From positions 32,001 to 96,000 of the forward strand of contig JBEKYR010000013.1 of assembly GCA_049510745.1 (NCBI GenBank): 64,000 bases of DNA. Reading direction: 5' to 3'. This DNA comes from Verrucomicrobiota bacterium. Lineage in GTDB: Bacteria > Verrucomicrobiota > Verrucomicrobiia > Limisphaerales > Palsa-1400. The notes beneath the pieces were generated by a model. The model was not told the origin of the DNA and made no database searches. It saw only the letters and a program-made list of their open reading frames with translations. The translations under genes were made by a program, and so were the position numbers. Shown piece by piece: positions 39,538 through 49,747 of the stretch (position 1 is the first letter of the stretch; each line of letters opens with the position of its first letter).

Positions 39538-41133
39538 TCAGGATGGTGCGCGTTCGGGCCTCTTCAGGCCCCACTTGGTCATTCTTGAAAGCAAAGTAGT
39601 AGGCTTGACGCCCAGAAGCTCTGCTGCGCTATCTCGTCCGCTGATCTTCCAGTTGGCCGCTTCCAATGCCAGCACGAGGTTGTCACGTTCGAAGCGTTCA
39701 AGCTCGACTTCGGTGAGGAATTTGGGTTGCGCCACGCTGCCCGCCGGCGAATCGGTCCGAGGATTCGGTCGAGCCGTGGGCACCGCTTGGCCGGTGATAG
39801 GCAGGTCAAACTCCAAAGCCCCGCCGCGGGCCAGAATCACGGAGCGCTCAACCACGTTGCGCAATTCCCGCACATTGCCCGGCCAATCGTAACTCTGCAG
39901 CTTTGTGACTGCGGCCCTCGTCAGCCGGGGCTTGGCGCACTTCAATTCCTTGGCCGAGAGCTCGACAAAATGTTTGGCCAACAGTGGGATGTCATCCATT
40001 CGCTCCCGCAGCGGCGGAACCTGAATCGGAAACACGTTCAGCCGGTAATAGAGATCTTCCCGGAATCGGCCTGCGGCGGCGGCTTTCTTCAAATCCCGGT
40101 TGGTCGCGGCGACAATGCGCACATCGGCGCGGCGTGTCCGGTCGTCGCCGACCCGTTCATACCGCTTTTCCTGGAGTACGCGCAGCAGCTTATTTTGGAT
40201 ATCCAACGGAATTTCCCCCACCTCATCCAGGAAAATGGTGCCGCCCTCAGCCGTCTCGAAGCGTCCGGCGCGATCCTTAACCGCTCCCGTAAAAGAGCCT
40301 CGCACATGGCCAAAAAACTCGCTTTCGAACAGCTCCCGGGGAATGGAGGCGCAATTGACTCGGACCAGGGGTTTATCTTTGCGCCCGCTACGGCGGTGGA
40401 TTTCGTGGGCGACCAATTCTTTGCCCGTGCCGGTCTCGCCGAGAATGAGCACTGAAGCTTCCGTGGGAGCCACCATGTCAATTTGGCTGACCAGGTGTCG
40501 CAGACCAGAACTCTGGCCGACCAAATCGCCGAAGGCCTTGGCTTCCACCACCTCTTCCTGCAAATAGGTATTGTGCAATTCGAGCTGGGACTTGAGCACC
40601 TCGATTTCCTCGAATGCCCGGCGAGCCTTTTCTTCGCTCTCCCGCAGGGCTTGGTTGGAGGCCTGGAGTTCAGCGGTGCGTTCCTGCACTCGGAGTTCCA
40701 GCGTGTTGTGCGCGTTGCGCAGAGCTTCTTCCGCCTGGCGCAGCCGCAAATGCGTTCTGACCCGCGCCAGCACTTCCTCGGCCTCAAAGGGCTTGGTGAT
40801 GTAATCAATGCCCCCGGCCTCAAACCCTGTGACTTTCTGGCGCGTATCGCCAAAGGCGCTAATAAAAATAACCGGGATGCGGCTGCTCTTTTCGTCTGCC
40901 TTCAAGCGACGGCACACCTCATAGCCATCCATGCCGGGCATGCTGACGTCGAGCAGGATCAAGTCTGGAGTCCTGGCGGCTACGGATTCCAGCGCCAGGG
41001 CGCCGTCCTCTGCCGGTCGGACGTGATAGCCGTGCCGGGTCAGCAGTTCGGTCAGCAGACGCAGGCTGGCGGGGGTGTCATCCACCACCAGAATCTCTTC
41101 CCGCCCTGAAGTCGGTTTCTTGTCTTCGCTCAT
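39538..41133 (-). CDS. Sigma54-dependent enhancer-binding response regulator (REC, coiled coil, AAA+, HTH; FhlA-like C-terminus)
   Basis: VVDD/LLDVSMP REC; GETGTGKE, GSFTGA, FLDEVGE, WPGNVREL, AAELLGVKPTTL. Confidence 0.95.
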   Translation of the reverse strand: MSEDKKPTSGREEILVVDDTPASLRLLTELLTRHGYHVRPAEDGALALESVAARTPDLILLDVSMPGMDGYEVCRRLKADEKSSRIPVIFISAFGDTRQKVTGFEAGGIDYITKPFEAEEVLARVRTHLRLRQAEEALRNAHNTLELRVQERTAELQASNQALRESEEKARRAFEEIEVLKSQLELHNTYLQEEVVEAKAFGDLVGQSSGLRHLVSQIDMVAPTEASVLILGETGTGKELVAHEIHRRSGRKDKPLVRVNCASIPRELFESEFFGHVRGSFTGAVKDRAGRFETAEGGTIFLDEVGEIPLDIQNKLLRVLQEKRYERVGDDRTRRADVRIVAATNRDLKKAAAAGRFREDLYYRLNVFPIQVPPLRERMDDIPLLAKHFVELSAKELKCAKPRLTRAAVTKLQSYDWPGNVRELRNVVERSVILARGGALEFDLPITGQAVPTARPNPRTDSPAGSVAQPKFLTEVELERFERDNLVLALEAANWKISGRDSAAELLGVKPTTLLSRMTKWGLKRPERAPS

Positions 41134-44100
41134 AAGGTCTGTCCCTTTTTCAGCAATTTCAAAAGACGTTTGTAGCCAAGCTGTGTGGCCAGCGTGTTCA
41201 AGGCCCGGCCCAGTGAAGCATCCCGCTCGGTAACCTGCTCGATGATGGCATGCGTGCGAGCCGTGTCCAGTTCGATGACGGCCTGACGCAAATCCCGCAG
41301 CAGTTCCGCAGGGAGCGCGTCCAATTGCTCCGGACGCAGGGTAAGCTCCGGCGCCTTCGGCGTGCTCTCCTGAGGCGGTGCCTTTTCATAGATAAACTTC
41401 AGGCGCAGGTGCCGGGCCAAGGCTCCGAAGAGCTCCTGTTCCCGAATCGGTTTGCGCACGAGGTCGTCGCAACCGGCTGCCATAATGGGTTCTCTCTCTT
41501 CCTCCAAGGCGTGAGCCGTGAGGGCGATGATTTTGGTGTTGGCGCCGGCCTTGGTCGCCCGAATCCGCCGGGCGGCTTCCAACCCGTCCATCACCGGCAT
41601 GCGGATATCCATCCAAATCAGGTCTGGATGCCATTGCTCGAACAGTGCCACTGCCTCCTGTCCGTTGGCGGCCTCACGTAACTCAAAACCAAGCGGCTCC
41701 AAGAGCCTTCGCAGCAGGAGACGGTTCTCCGGCTGGTCTTCGGCAATCAGGAGCCGGTAACGGGGCTGCCCTTCGGCCAATCCCAAAATGCGCGGGTTCT
41801 TCAGCTCATCGCGCTCCGCCACCGACGGAAGGACGCGCACTGGAATCTCGAAATAAAACACCGATCCCTTGCCTGGCTTGCTGGTCACTCCAATCTGGCC
41901 TCCCATGATCTCAACGTATTGCTTGCAGATGGCCAACCCCAATCCAGTCCCGGCTTGCGCGGGAGCCTGGTCGCCCAATTGCACAAAGGGAAAGAAGATG
42001 CGCTTGCAATCCTCCTGGCTCATGCCGGGCCCGGAGTCCTCAACCTCAAATCGCACTTTGGCTTTTTCGGACCCGTGGATGCTGGCGAGCCTGGCGCGGA
42101 GCTTCACCCCGCCTGAATCCGTGTACTTGATCGCGTTGCCAAGCAGGTTCAGCAACACTTGGCGCAGTTTGCCTGCGTCCACAGCAACAAACCGGGGCAG
42201 ATCCGGGTCACGCTCCAAGGCGAAACGGAGGCCCTTTTCCACGGCCCCGACTCCCATTAGCGACTGCATTTCGTGCAGCAACTGGTTCAAGTCAACTTCG
42301 GACTCCTTCAGGGCCACCCGACCGGACTCGATCTTCGCCATGTCGAGGACATTGTTAATTAAGTTCAGCAGGTGCTCGCCGCTGCGGACGATGATATCCA
42401 GCGCCTCCCTCTGGTGCGGCGTCACGTCCGGACCGCTCTTGAGCAGTCGGGAAAAACCGAGCACGGCGTTGAGGGGGGTGCGCAACTCATGGCTCATGTT
42501 GGCCAGGAACGTACTCTTCGCGCGATTGGCCTCTTCGGCCCGGGCCTTGGCTTCCGCTAATTGTTCCGTCCGCTGCTTCACCAGATCTTCGAGGTGCTCT
42601 CGATGCTTGCGCAGCTCGTCCTCGGCGCGCTTGCGTTCGGTCACATCAATCGCCGTGCCGACGTATTCAACGAGTTCGCCGGTGTCGTCGAGGACTGGAT
42701 GGCCTAAGATATGGATGTCTCTTACCGTTCCGTCCGGCAGCACGGTCCTGTAATCTGCCATAAGGTCAGCCTTCTCGCGGAGTGATTTCTCCCAGTCCTT
42801 GGTGGCCCGGTCGTAATCTTGCGGATGGATTCGCTGCAGGAATCTTTCCAGAGCAGGCGGGTCCTCCTTGGGCTCGAATCCAAAAATCCGGTACATTTCC
42901 TTAGACCAGTAGTTCCGTTCAGCCGTGGCAGGGCTCCAAGCCCAACCGCCCATGTGGGCCAGCCGCTGCCCTTCCGCCAGATAAGCCTCGCTTCTCCGCA
43001 GTGCCTCCTCGGCGCGCTTGCGTTCGGTGATGTCGCGCGCCACATGGACGACCTGTGTAAGTTCACCGCTCGGGTCAAACAGGGGGTCAACGGAAACCGA
43101 AAACCAAGGACCTCCCTTTCGAGCCAGGACCTCCACTTCTTCATGCCTCCGAGATTGGCGCATTTTGGCGAGAGGGCACTCCGCAGGAGGCGTGGACGTC
43201 CCATGGATCAGATCGTAGCAGTGTCCCCCGACGATTTTATCAAACGGCAGCCCCAGGAACTGCGCCGCTGCATGGTTGGCTCGCAAGATACGGAAATCCT
43301 TGTCGAGCAGCAAAACCAAATCCTGCACCGCGTCAAAGGTAGCCTGCCACTGCGCGGCGGTATTGCGCACCTCTTCCTCCGCCCGCTTGCGCTCGGTGAT
43401 ATCACGCACGAGGGCCAAGTGGTAAGCCCGGCCTCCATATTCGAAATAATCCGCGCTGATCGCGACCGGGAATATACGGCCATCTCGGGTCCGGTGGCGG
43501 CTCTCGAAAGTGCGCGACCGCAGCGCCTTGAGGTTGCGCCAATGGTCGGACCATCGCTCCAGCGGGAACTCAGAGTCAATATCCGCTATGCCCAGGCCGA
43601 GCAGTTCCGCACGGGTATAACCGAGCAGGCGGCAGGCCTCCTCGTTGACGTACTGAAAACGCGCCGTGTCATCTATTAGAAAGGCGGCCTCCTGTCCTTT
43701 GTCCAAGGCGAAACTCAGCAGGGCGACTTCCTGCTCTGCCCGTTGGCGCGCGGCCCGAGAACGCAAGGCGACGATGCCGAACGCCAGGTCGGCAGCCAGT
43801 TCCTCCAGCAGCCGAGTCTCTTCCGACGTAAAAGCGCCGGGCTGTGCGGAGTAAATGTTAAGACCGCCGAAGACGTTGGCATGTTCGTCCTTGAGCGGCA
43901 GGCCGATAGCGGAACGAAAACCGTGCTGCAAAGCGCCTTCCCGCCAGGGCGCGCCTCGAGTATCGGTTGCGTAATCCTCAAGGCAGGAAGTTCTCCCGGT
44001 CCGGATGGCCGTTCCGCTAGGGCCGCGTCCCCACTCGGTGTCGGCCCAAGTAATGCCGAGGTTTGCGAGAGTCTCCTTCTCGGCTCCGATCCACGCGACA

Positions 44101-45317
44101 GGCCGCACGCTTTTGGCCTCGTCGTGTTCGGCATAGCCCACCCACGCCACGCGGTAACCCGCCTCCTGGCAGACGATCCGGCAGATTTCCTGGAGCAAAC
44201 TCTGCTCATCGGTGGCGCGCAGTAGTGTCTGGTTGCAGTTACTGATCGCCCGCAGTTCGCGATTCAAACGACGCAACGCCTCCTCCGCCCGCTTGCGCTC
44301 AGTGATGTCCGTCAGCATGGCGAAGGAGCCTGTGAAACGATGCCCGGCATCAAACATCGACGTGGCCGAAACATACATCCATACGGTGCTGCCATCCTTG
44401 CGGCGGTATCTCTGCTCATAGCGCTCGGTTAGCCCCTGGCGACGGGCTGATATCCTCGCTGACATCTCGGCATAGTCGTCCGCGAACAAGAACTCATGGA
44501 GCTTTCGGCCCACCATCTCCTGCGGTTGGTACCCAAGCATTTCCGCCATCCGCCGGTTCACCAACGTGGTGACGAATTGTTCATCGAGTTCCCAGATGCC
44601 TTCGGACGCCGTATCTACGAGCCGGCGGTACCGCTGCTCGCTTTGCCTAAGTTCCTCCTCCGCTTCTTTGCGCTCAGCGAGTTCCCGCGCAAGTCTTTGG
44701 TTGGCGTCCTCAAGGCGTTTGCCTGTCGCGCAGATTTCGTCAAAGGCGCGCGCGTTGGCAATAGCGGCCCCCATGTGGTCGGCGAATATCGCTGCCCAAG
44801 GCCGGCTAACTTCCGGCACAGACTCGCGGGTAAAGCCCACAATGGCTCCCAAAACCTCTCCTTTGAACCGGATAGGGCTGATCGCGAAGCAGCGGACACC
44901 CTCTTCGCGCAACCAATCAAAACCGGCGATGGAAATCGGCTGCTGGTCTGACTTCGTTACCAGTCCTTGCTGACCGCTGGCCACCGCCTCTCCAAGCGGG
45001 CAGAAATTCAGCGGCACGCGAGCATTGAGATCCTCGTACTCCCGCAACCCCTTTCCCTGAGGCAGAATCGATCTGCCTTTTCCCGCGACCAAATGAAGGC
45101 AGCGGGACTGGTCAGCACATTCAGACCGATATTTGCAGGTCATGCACAGGTCCCCTTTTTCGATCAGCCAGACCTGAGTAAATACATATTCCGTGCGCTC
45201 TGAGCCGTGTTCGACGATTTTCTTCAGGATCGGCTCCAGCGAGTGCTCCTGGGCAATCTCCAGGAGCAATTGCGCCGCCCGATGCGGATCAAATCGTGTG
45301 TCGCTGGTCGGTTCCAT
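41130..45317 (-). CDS. Hybrid sensor histidine kinase (Cys-rich GAF, PAS, GAF, 3xPAS, HisKA, HATPase, REC)
   Basis: Repeated DITERK motifs; FLANMSHELRTPLN, NAIKYT, GTGLGL, WMDIRMP; ATGA-coupled to the regulator; start placed at MEPTSD. Confidence 0.93.
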   Translation of the reverse strand: MEPTSDTRFDPHRAAQLLLEIAQEHSLEPILKKIVEHGSERTEYVFTQVWLIEKGDLCMTCKYRSECADQSRCLHLVAGKGRSILPQGKGLREYEDLNARVPLNFCPLGEAVASGQQGLVTKSDQQPISIAGFDWLREEGVRCFAISPIRFKGEVLGAIVGFTRESVPEVSRPWAAIFADHMGAAIANARAFDEICATGKRLEDANQRLARELAERKEAEEELRQSEQRYRRLVDTASEGIWELDEQFVTTLVNRRMAEMLGYQPQEMVGRKLHEFLFADDYAEMSARISARRQGLTERYEQRYRRKDGSTVWMYVSATSMFDAGHRFTGSFAMLTDITERKRAEEALRRLNRELRAISNCNQTLLRATDEQSLLQEICRIVCQEAGYRVAWVGYAEHDEAKSVRPVAWIGAEKETLANLGITWADTEWGRGPSGTAIRTGRTSCLEDYATDTRGAPWREGALQHGFRSAIGLPLKDEHANVFGGLNIYSAQPGAFTSEETRLLEELAADLAFGIVALRSRAARQRAEQEVALLSFALDKGQEAAFLIDDTARFQYVNEEACRLLGYTRAELLGLGIADIDSEFPLERWSDHWRNLKALRSRTFESRHRTRDGRIFPVAISADYFEYGGRAYHLALVRDITERKRAEEEVRNTAAQWQATFDAVQDLVLLLDKDFRILRANHAAAQFLGLPFDKIVGGHCYDLIHGTSTPPAECPLAKMRQSRRHEEVEVLARKGGPWFSVSVDPLFDPSGELTQVVHVARDITERKRAEEALRRSEAYLAEGQRLAHMGGWAWSPATAERNYWSKEMYRIFGFEPKEDPPALERFLQRIHPQDYDRATKDWEKSLREKADLMADYRTVLPDGTVRDIHILGHPVLDDTGELVEYVGTAIDVTERKRAEDELRKHREHLEDLVKQRTEQLAEAKARAEEANRAKSTFLANMSHELRTPLNAVLGFSRLLKSGPDVTPHQREALDIIVRSGEHLLNLINNVLDMAKIESGRVALKESEVDLNQLLHEMQSLMGVGAVEKGLRFALERDPDLPRFVAVDAGKLRQVLLNLLGNAIKYTDSGGVKLRARLASIHGSEKAKVRFEVEDSGPGMSQEDCKRIFFPFVQLGDQAPAQAGTGLGLAICKQYVEIMGGQIGVTSKPGKGSVFYFEIPVRVLPSVAERDELKNPRILGLAEGQPRYRLLIAEDQPENRLLLRRLLEPLGFELREAANGQEAVALFEQWHPDLIWMDIRMPVMDGLEAARRIRATKAGANTKIIALTAHALEEEREPIMAAGCDDLVRKPIREQELFGALARHLRLKFIYEKAPPQESTPKAPELTLRPEQLDALPAELLRDLRQAVIELDTARTHAIIEQVTERDASLGRALNTLATQLGYKRLLKLLKKGQTL

Positions 45318-45338
45318 AACTATTAATAACTTATTGCA

Positions 45339-45641
45339 CGGGAGCTTTTCGAAAGCGAGTTTTTTGGGCATGTGCGAGGGTCTTTCACCGGAGCCGTGAA
45401 GGACCCGGCCGGACGCTTTGAAACGGCGGAGGGCGGGACCATCTTCCTGGATGAGGTGGGGGAGATTCCCTTGGATGTCCAAAACAAGCTGCTGGGCATT
45501 CTCCAGGAAAGAAGTTACGAACGGGTCGGTGACGACCGGACGCGCCGCGCCGACGTGCGCATTGTGGCGGCGACCAACCGGGATCTGAAGAAAGCGGTGG
45601 CCGCGGGCCGATTCCGGGAAGATCTTTATTACCGGCTAAAC
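45339..45641 (+). pseudogene. 303-bp inverted partial copy of the AAA+ coding region of the sigma54 regulator (matches 40036-40338)
   Basis: Translates [19 protein letters not shown]...[10 protein letters not shown] with a few substitutions; lacks Walker A and the C-terminus. Confidence 0.85.
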
Positions 45642-45705
45642 GCGGCGATTTGCGTAACCAGCGGCGGCACCCGTTTCCCGGATAATTCCGATTGTGAAAG
45701 CCCCT

Positions 45706-47802
45706 TCACCGATTGGGCGAGCCCGGTGCATCCGTGTCCGCCGCGGCGATCAGCACCACCAGCGAACGAGGTCCGGCGCGATACGCTCGCCCCGCAACCA
45801 CAGGTGCGGCCGGCCAATCCTGGATATCGTCGGGGGATTCGAGTGACGTATCAATCCATCGGCGCCATGGATGGCCGGCGGCGTGCATTTCTGCCGGCAA
45901 CTCGAATTCGAGCGGTTCCCAGTAAGCGTTGAAGATGAGATGGAAAGACAGGTTTTCTTCGGGCAACGCCGCACTGAACGCCAGGCTGTGCGATTGCTCG
46001 CTCCAGTCAGGTTGGTGAAGCTTGACGCCATGCCAGGCCTTGCTGGCGGCTCGCAGGAGCTGGTTCAAACTCCGCCTTTGGCGCTCAGTGTCCATTTTGC
46101 GCAAAGCGCGGCGCGCAACCAAAAGTTCGACGAACCGATGGAGACCCGCGTGCTGCCGCACCAGGTTCCAGTCAAACCAACTGGTCTCATTATCCTGGCA
46201 GTAGGCGTTATTGTTTCCGCGCTGGCTGCGCCGCGCTTCGTCGCCCATCAAGAGCATGGGCACGCCCAGCGACAGGAGGGTCACGGCCAGAAGGTTCTTA
46301 ATCTGACGGTCCCGCAGCTTTTCGATGGCGGGGTCGTCGGTGGGGCCTTCCACACCGCAATTCCAACTGCGGTTATCATCGGCGCCGTCGCGATTGTTCT
46401 CGCCGTTGGGCTCGTTGTGCTTCTGGTTATAGGACACCAGGTCATTCAGGGTGAAGCCGTCGTGGCAGGTGACGAAGTTGACGCTTTGCTCGGCTTCCCG
46501 CTCTTTGTGCCCGTAGATCTCGGGACTGCCGATGAACCGGTCGGCCAACCGCTCGACGGAGCCATCTGCCCCCAAGAAGAAACTGCGCACATCGTCGCGG
46601 AAACGGCCGTTCCATTCCTTCCAACTGTCGCCAATGAAATTGCCGACTTGGTACAGGCCGGCGGCATCCCAAGCCTCCGCGATCAGTTTGGTTCCCCCCA
46701 AAACCGGCTCGGACTCGATGTCCCACAATACGGGAGGGTTGGGTAAGACTTGGCCTGAAGGGTCGCGGGCGAGGATGGAGGCGAGATCGAAGCGAAATCC
46801 ATCCACGTGCATCGTTTCCACCCAATAGCGGAGGCTGTCCACGATGAGCCGCCGAACGATGGGGTGGTTGGCGTTGAGCGTGTTGCCCGTGCCGCTGAAA
46901 TTGGCGTAACGGGCCGGGTCGGGTTCGAGGAGGTAATAAATGGAATTATCCAGTCCGCGCAGGCTTAGGGTGGGCCCCGTGTGGTCCCCCTCGGCGGTGT
47001 GGTTGAAAACCACGTCGAGAATGACTTCAAGGCCTTCACGGTGCAACGCCTTGACCATGTCCCTAAACTCGTCCACCGGGCCGAGCCTGTCCCGCCGCGA
47101 GCTGTAAGCCTGATGAGGCGCGAAGAAGGAAACGGGCGCGTAGCCCCAATAGTTGACCTTGCCCGGCGGACAGTCCTGGGGATCGAACTGAAAGACCGGC
47201 AGCAGCTCAACCGCCGTCACCCCGAGTTGTTTCAAATAGGGAATCTTCTCGATCAGACCGGCATACGTTCCACGCAGGTTTTCTTTGAGGCCGGAGCTCG
47301 GATGCCGGGTGAACCCGCGGACGTGCATCTCGTAAATGATGGTCCTGGAAGAGGGTCGTTTTAGCGGAGTGTCGCCTTCCCAATCGTAGGCGGAGGGATC
47401 CACCACGACGCTTTTCATTGCAGTGGCGCAGTTGTCTCCCGGATGGCAAGCGGCCTCGCGGGAATAGCTCCGAGGGACCACAACGCCGCGTCCATACGGG
47501 TCGAGCAGGACCTTTGTGGCATCAAAGCGCGTGCCGCTTGCGGGATCGAACTGTCCGCGCGCCCGGTAGCCGTAAAGCTGGCCCGGCTGTATTTCCGGAA
47601 CGAAGGCGTGCCAATAGTGATAGCTTCGGCTAACCACTGGATCCAGCGGGATCACGCGGGATGGTTGCGGATCGTCCTCCCGTTCAAAGAGCAACAACTC
47701 TATCGCCGCGGCGTTGCGTGAGAACACACTGAAATTAACGCCGCCAGCGACGATTGTGGCGCCCAGCGGCGAACTTCGTCCAGGGGTCACATTGGGGCGC
47801 AT
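45706..47802 (-). CDS. glgX: Glycogen debranching enzyme
   Basis: [52 protein letters not shown]. Confidence 0.95.
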   Translation of the reverse strand: MRPNVTPGRSSPLGATIVAGGVNFSVFSRNAAAIELLLFEREDDPQPSRVIPLDPVVSRSYHYWHAFVPEIQPGQLYGYRARGQFDPASGTRFDATKVLLDPYGRGVVVPRSYSREAACHPGDNCATAMKSVVVDPSAYDWEGDTPLKRPSSRTIIYEMHVRGFTRHPSSGLKENLRGTYAGLIEKIPYLKQLGVTAVELLPVFQFDPQDCPPGKVNYWGYAPVSFFAPHQAYSSRRDRLGPVDEFRDMVKALHREGLEVILDVVFNHTAEGDHTGPTLSLRGLDNSIYYLLEPDPARYANFSGTGNTLNANHPIVRRLIVDSLRYWVETMHVDGFRFDLASILARDPSGQVLPNPPVLWDIESEPVLGGTKLIAEAWDAAGLYQVGNFIGDSWKEWNGRFRDDVRSFFLGADGSVERLADRFIGSPEIYGHKEREAEQSVNFVTCHDGFTLNDLVSYNQKHNEPNGENNRDGADDNRSWNCGVEGPTDDPAIEKLRDRQIKNLLAVTLLSLGVPMLLMGDEARRSQRGNNNAYCQDNETSWFDWNLVRQHAGLHRFVELLVARRALRKMDTERQRRSLNQLLRAASKAWHGVKLHQPDWSEQSHSLAFSAALPEENLSFHLIFNAYWEPLEFELPAEMHAAGHPWRRWIDTSLESPDDIQDWPAAPVVAGRAYRAGPRSLVVLIAAADTDAPGSPNR

Positions 47803-47857
47803 CGAAGTGTGGGAGAAATATGATTTGTTTGCCCGGAGCGCCAACGGCTCCGCCGGG

Positions 47858-48055
47858 CTATTCGTTAAGCCCCCAATGCGGGTATGCCGCCCAGTCGGAG
47901 TGCTCCGACTCCCGAATAGGCAGAGGAACATGCCGCGGCTCTTGTAGTCTCGCTGGAATCAATTCCAGATAGTCCGGCGCGGGCCTGTCCGGCTCCGGCT
48001 CAACCATTTCATGAGCAATATCATCGAGAAATTTAAGAACTGTTTTTCCTTTCAT
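47858..48055 (-). CDS. Small hypothetical protein (65 aa)
   Basis: ORF MKGKTV...YPHWGLNE between rpiB and glgX, same strand. Confidence 0.4.
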   Translation of the reverse strand: MKGKTVLKFLDDIAHEMVEPEPDRPAPDYLELIPARLQEPRHVPLPIRESEHSDWAAYPHWGLNE

Positions 48056-48195
48056 AACTGGCGATTTCGCTGTTGTGCCGGAGTCATTTCTGACTGGTTT
48101 TCGGCGCTTGGCACGGACGTCTTGTCCGCGCAAATCTTCCGCGGATGATCGCCAGTTGAACTGTGTTCTCGTCTGTCATTGGATTCGCCATTTGG

Positions 48196-48645
48196 TTATT
48201 TCGCTTTCTCCAGAGCGGCGACTTTGCCGAGGCGCCGCAGGTGTCTTTCAGCCTGGCTGTACTCCGCCGCTAGAAAGGTCTGAACCAGGTCCCACGCGAC
48301 GGCTGGGCCGACAGTCCGGCCGCCCATGCACAGGACGTTCATGTGGTCGTCTTCAACTCCTTGCCGGGCGGAAAAGTGGTCGTGGATCAGGGAGGCACGG
48401 ACGCCTGGAATCTTGTTCGCGCAAACCGAAGCCCCAACGCCACTGCCGCAAATCGCGATACCGCGTGTCACCTGGCCGGACGCCACAGCGTTCGCGAGCG
48501 GAGTCACATAGTCCGGATAATCGTCGTCGGGTTTAAGTTTGTTGGCCCCGAAATCAACCACTTCGTGGCCCGCGCCATGGAGTTGGGCAACCAACTCTTC
48601 TTTCAGAGCAAAGCCTCCGTGGTCGGTGGCAATTCCTACTTTCAT
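48196..48645 (-). CDS. rpiB: Ribose-5-phosphate isomerase B
   Basis: ATDHGG, DDYPDY, CGSGVG..ANK, NVLCMG, RHLRR. Confidence 0.95.
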   Translation of the reverse strand: MKVGIATDHGGFALKEELVAQLHGAGHEVVDFGANKLKPDDDYPDYVTPLANAVASGQVTRGIAICGSGVGASVCANKIPGVRASLIHDHFSARQGVEDDHMNVLCMGGRTVGPAVAWDLVQTFLAAEYSQAERHLRRLGKVAALEKAK

Positions 48646-48648
48646 AAT

Positions 48649-49734
48649 CTAAGCGGCCCGCTTGAGCGCGTCACTCTTGGAGGCAATTACCGCGAGCAAT
48701 TCGTCCCAGGACTTCACGAAGGCTTTGGCCCCTTCAGTCTGGAGTTGAGCGGCCAGTGCTCCTACGTGGACACCGGCCTCGTTGAGTTGCTCCAGCACAC
48801 TCTCGCAATCGGCTCCATCGGCGGACATGATCGAGCCGAGTGCGCCGTGATCGGCCAGGGCCAGTAACGTGGCTTCCGGCATGGTGTTGACCGTGAACGG
48901 GGCCGCCAGCGCTTTGATATAGAGCACATCCGAGGCTTGAGGGTCCTTGGTGCCGGTGCTGGCCCAAAGCAGTCGTTGCGGTCGGGCACCCGCGTTAAAC
49001 GCGCGCTGCCAGCGAGGCGAGCCCAACAGCTCCAGGTAAACTTTGTAAGTGCGGTTGGCCATTGCGATCCCGAGCTGGTTGTTTAATGCCGCGGGGACTT
49101 TGCCGGCCACCGCGCCATCCCAACGGCTGACGAATACTGATGCGACCGAACCGACGTCCGGCTTGAGTCCCGCAGCGATGCGCCGCTCGACGCCGCGCAT
49201 GAAGGCGTCTGCCGCCGCGAGATATTGCTCGCGTGAAAACAGGAGCGTTACGTTTATGGGTACGCCGGCGAAGATCGCTTCTTCAATTGCGGGCAAGCTT
49301 TCTTTTGTCCCAGGAATCTTGATGAAAACGTTGGGCCGTGCTACGCGGGCGCACAATTCCTTGGCGGCGGCCAGTGTGCTGGCGGCGTCGTAGGCCAGGA
49401 CCGGTGACACTTCCAGGGAAACCCATCCATCCATTCCGTTGGTCTGGTCGAACGTCGGGCGGAAAAGATCCGCCGCCCGGCTGATGTCCTCGAGCGCCAG
49501 CTCGAAAAACAGCGGTTCACCGGATTTCCCTTGGGCGAGCCGGCCCCGAATCGCCGGATCATAAACCCCGCTGTTCTTGATGGCGTGGTCGAAAATGGTC
49601 GGATTGGAGGTCAGACCGGTGATGGAGAGCTCCTCAATGTAGCGCTTGAGCGTCCCCGTGTTGAGCAAGTCGCGGGTGATGTTGTCGAGCCAGAGGCTCT
49701 GGCCAAGATTGTGGAGTAGTTTGGTCGCTTTCAT
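48649..49734 (-). CDS. tal: Transaldolase
   Basis: GQSLWLD, TSNPTIF, IKIP, NVTLLFS, LWASTG, VNTMP. Confidence 0.95.
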   Translation of the reverse strand: MKATKLLHNLGQSLWLDNITRDLLNTGTLKRYIEELSITGLTSNPTIFDHAIKNSGVYDPAIRGRLAQGKSGEPLFFELALEDISRAADLFRPTFDQTNGMDGWVSLEVSPVLAYDAASTLAAAKELCARVARPNVFIKIPGTKESLPAIEEAIFAGVPINVTLLFSREQYLAAADAFMRGVERRIAAGLKPDVGSVASVFVSRWDGAVAGKVPAALNNQLGIAMANRTYKVYLELLGSPRWQRAFNAGARPQRLLWASTGTKDPQASDVLYIKALAAPFTVNTMPEATLLALADHGALGSIMSADGADCESVLEQLNEAGVHVGALAAQLQTEGAKAFVKSWDELLAVIASKSDALKRAA

Positions 49735-49747
49735 GTTTGTTCGTTTT

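Noticed and set aside
45318..45482. ORF-track N-terminal extension of the kinase, and the 45372-45932 ORF as a real gene
   Set aside because: The extension is the antisense of the AAA+ fragment. The + ORF lacks Walker A and reads into the glgX antisense after YYRLN.
21906..48123. Additional sigma54-like words at 21906(+), about 26078(-), 26992(+), 37380(-) and 48109(+)
   Set aside because: Each lacks the -24 GG or a -12 TG at the right spacing, or points away from any gene start.
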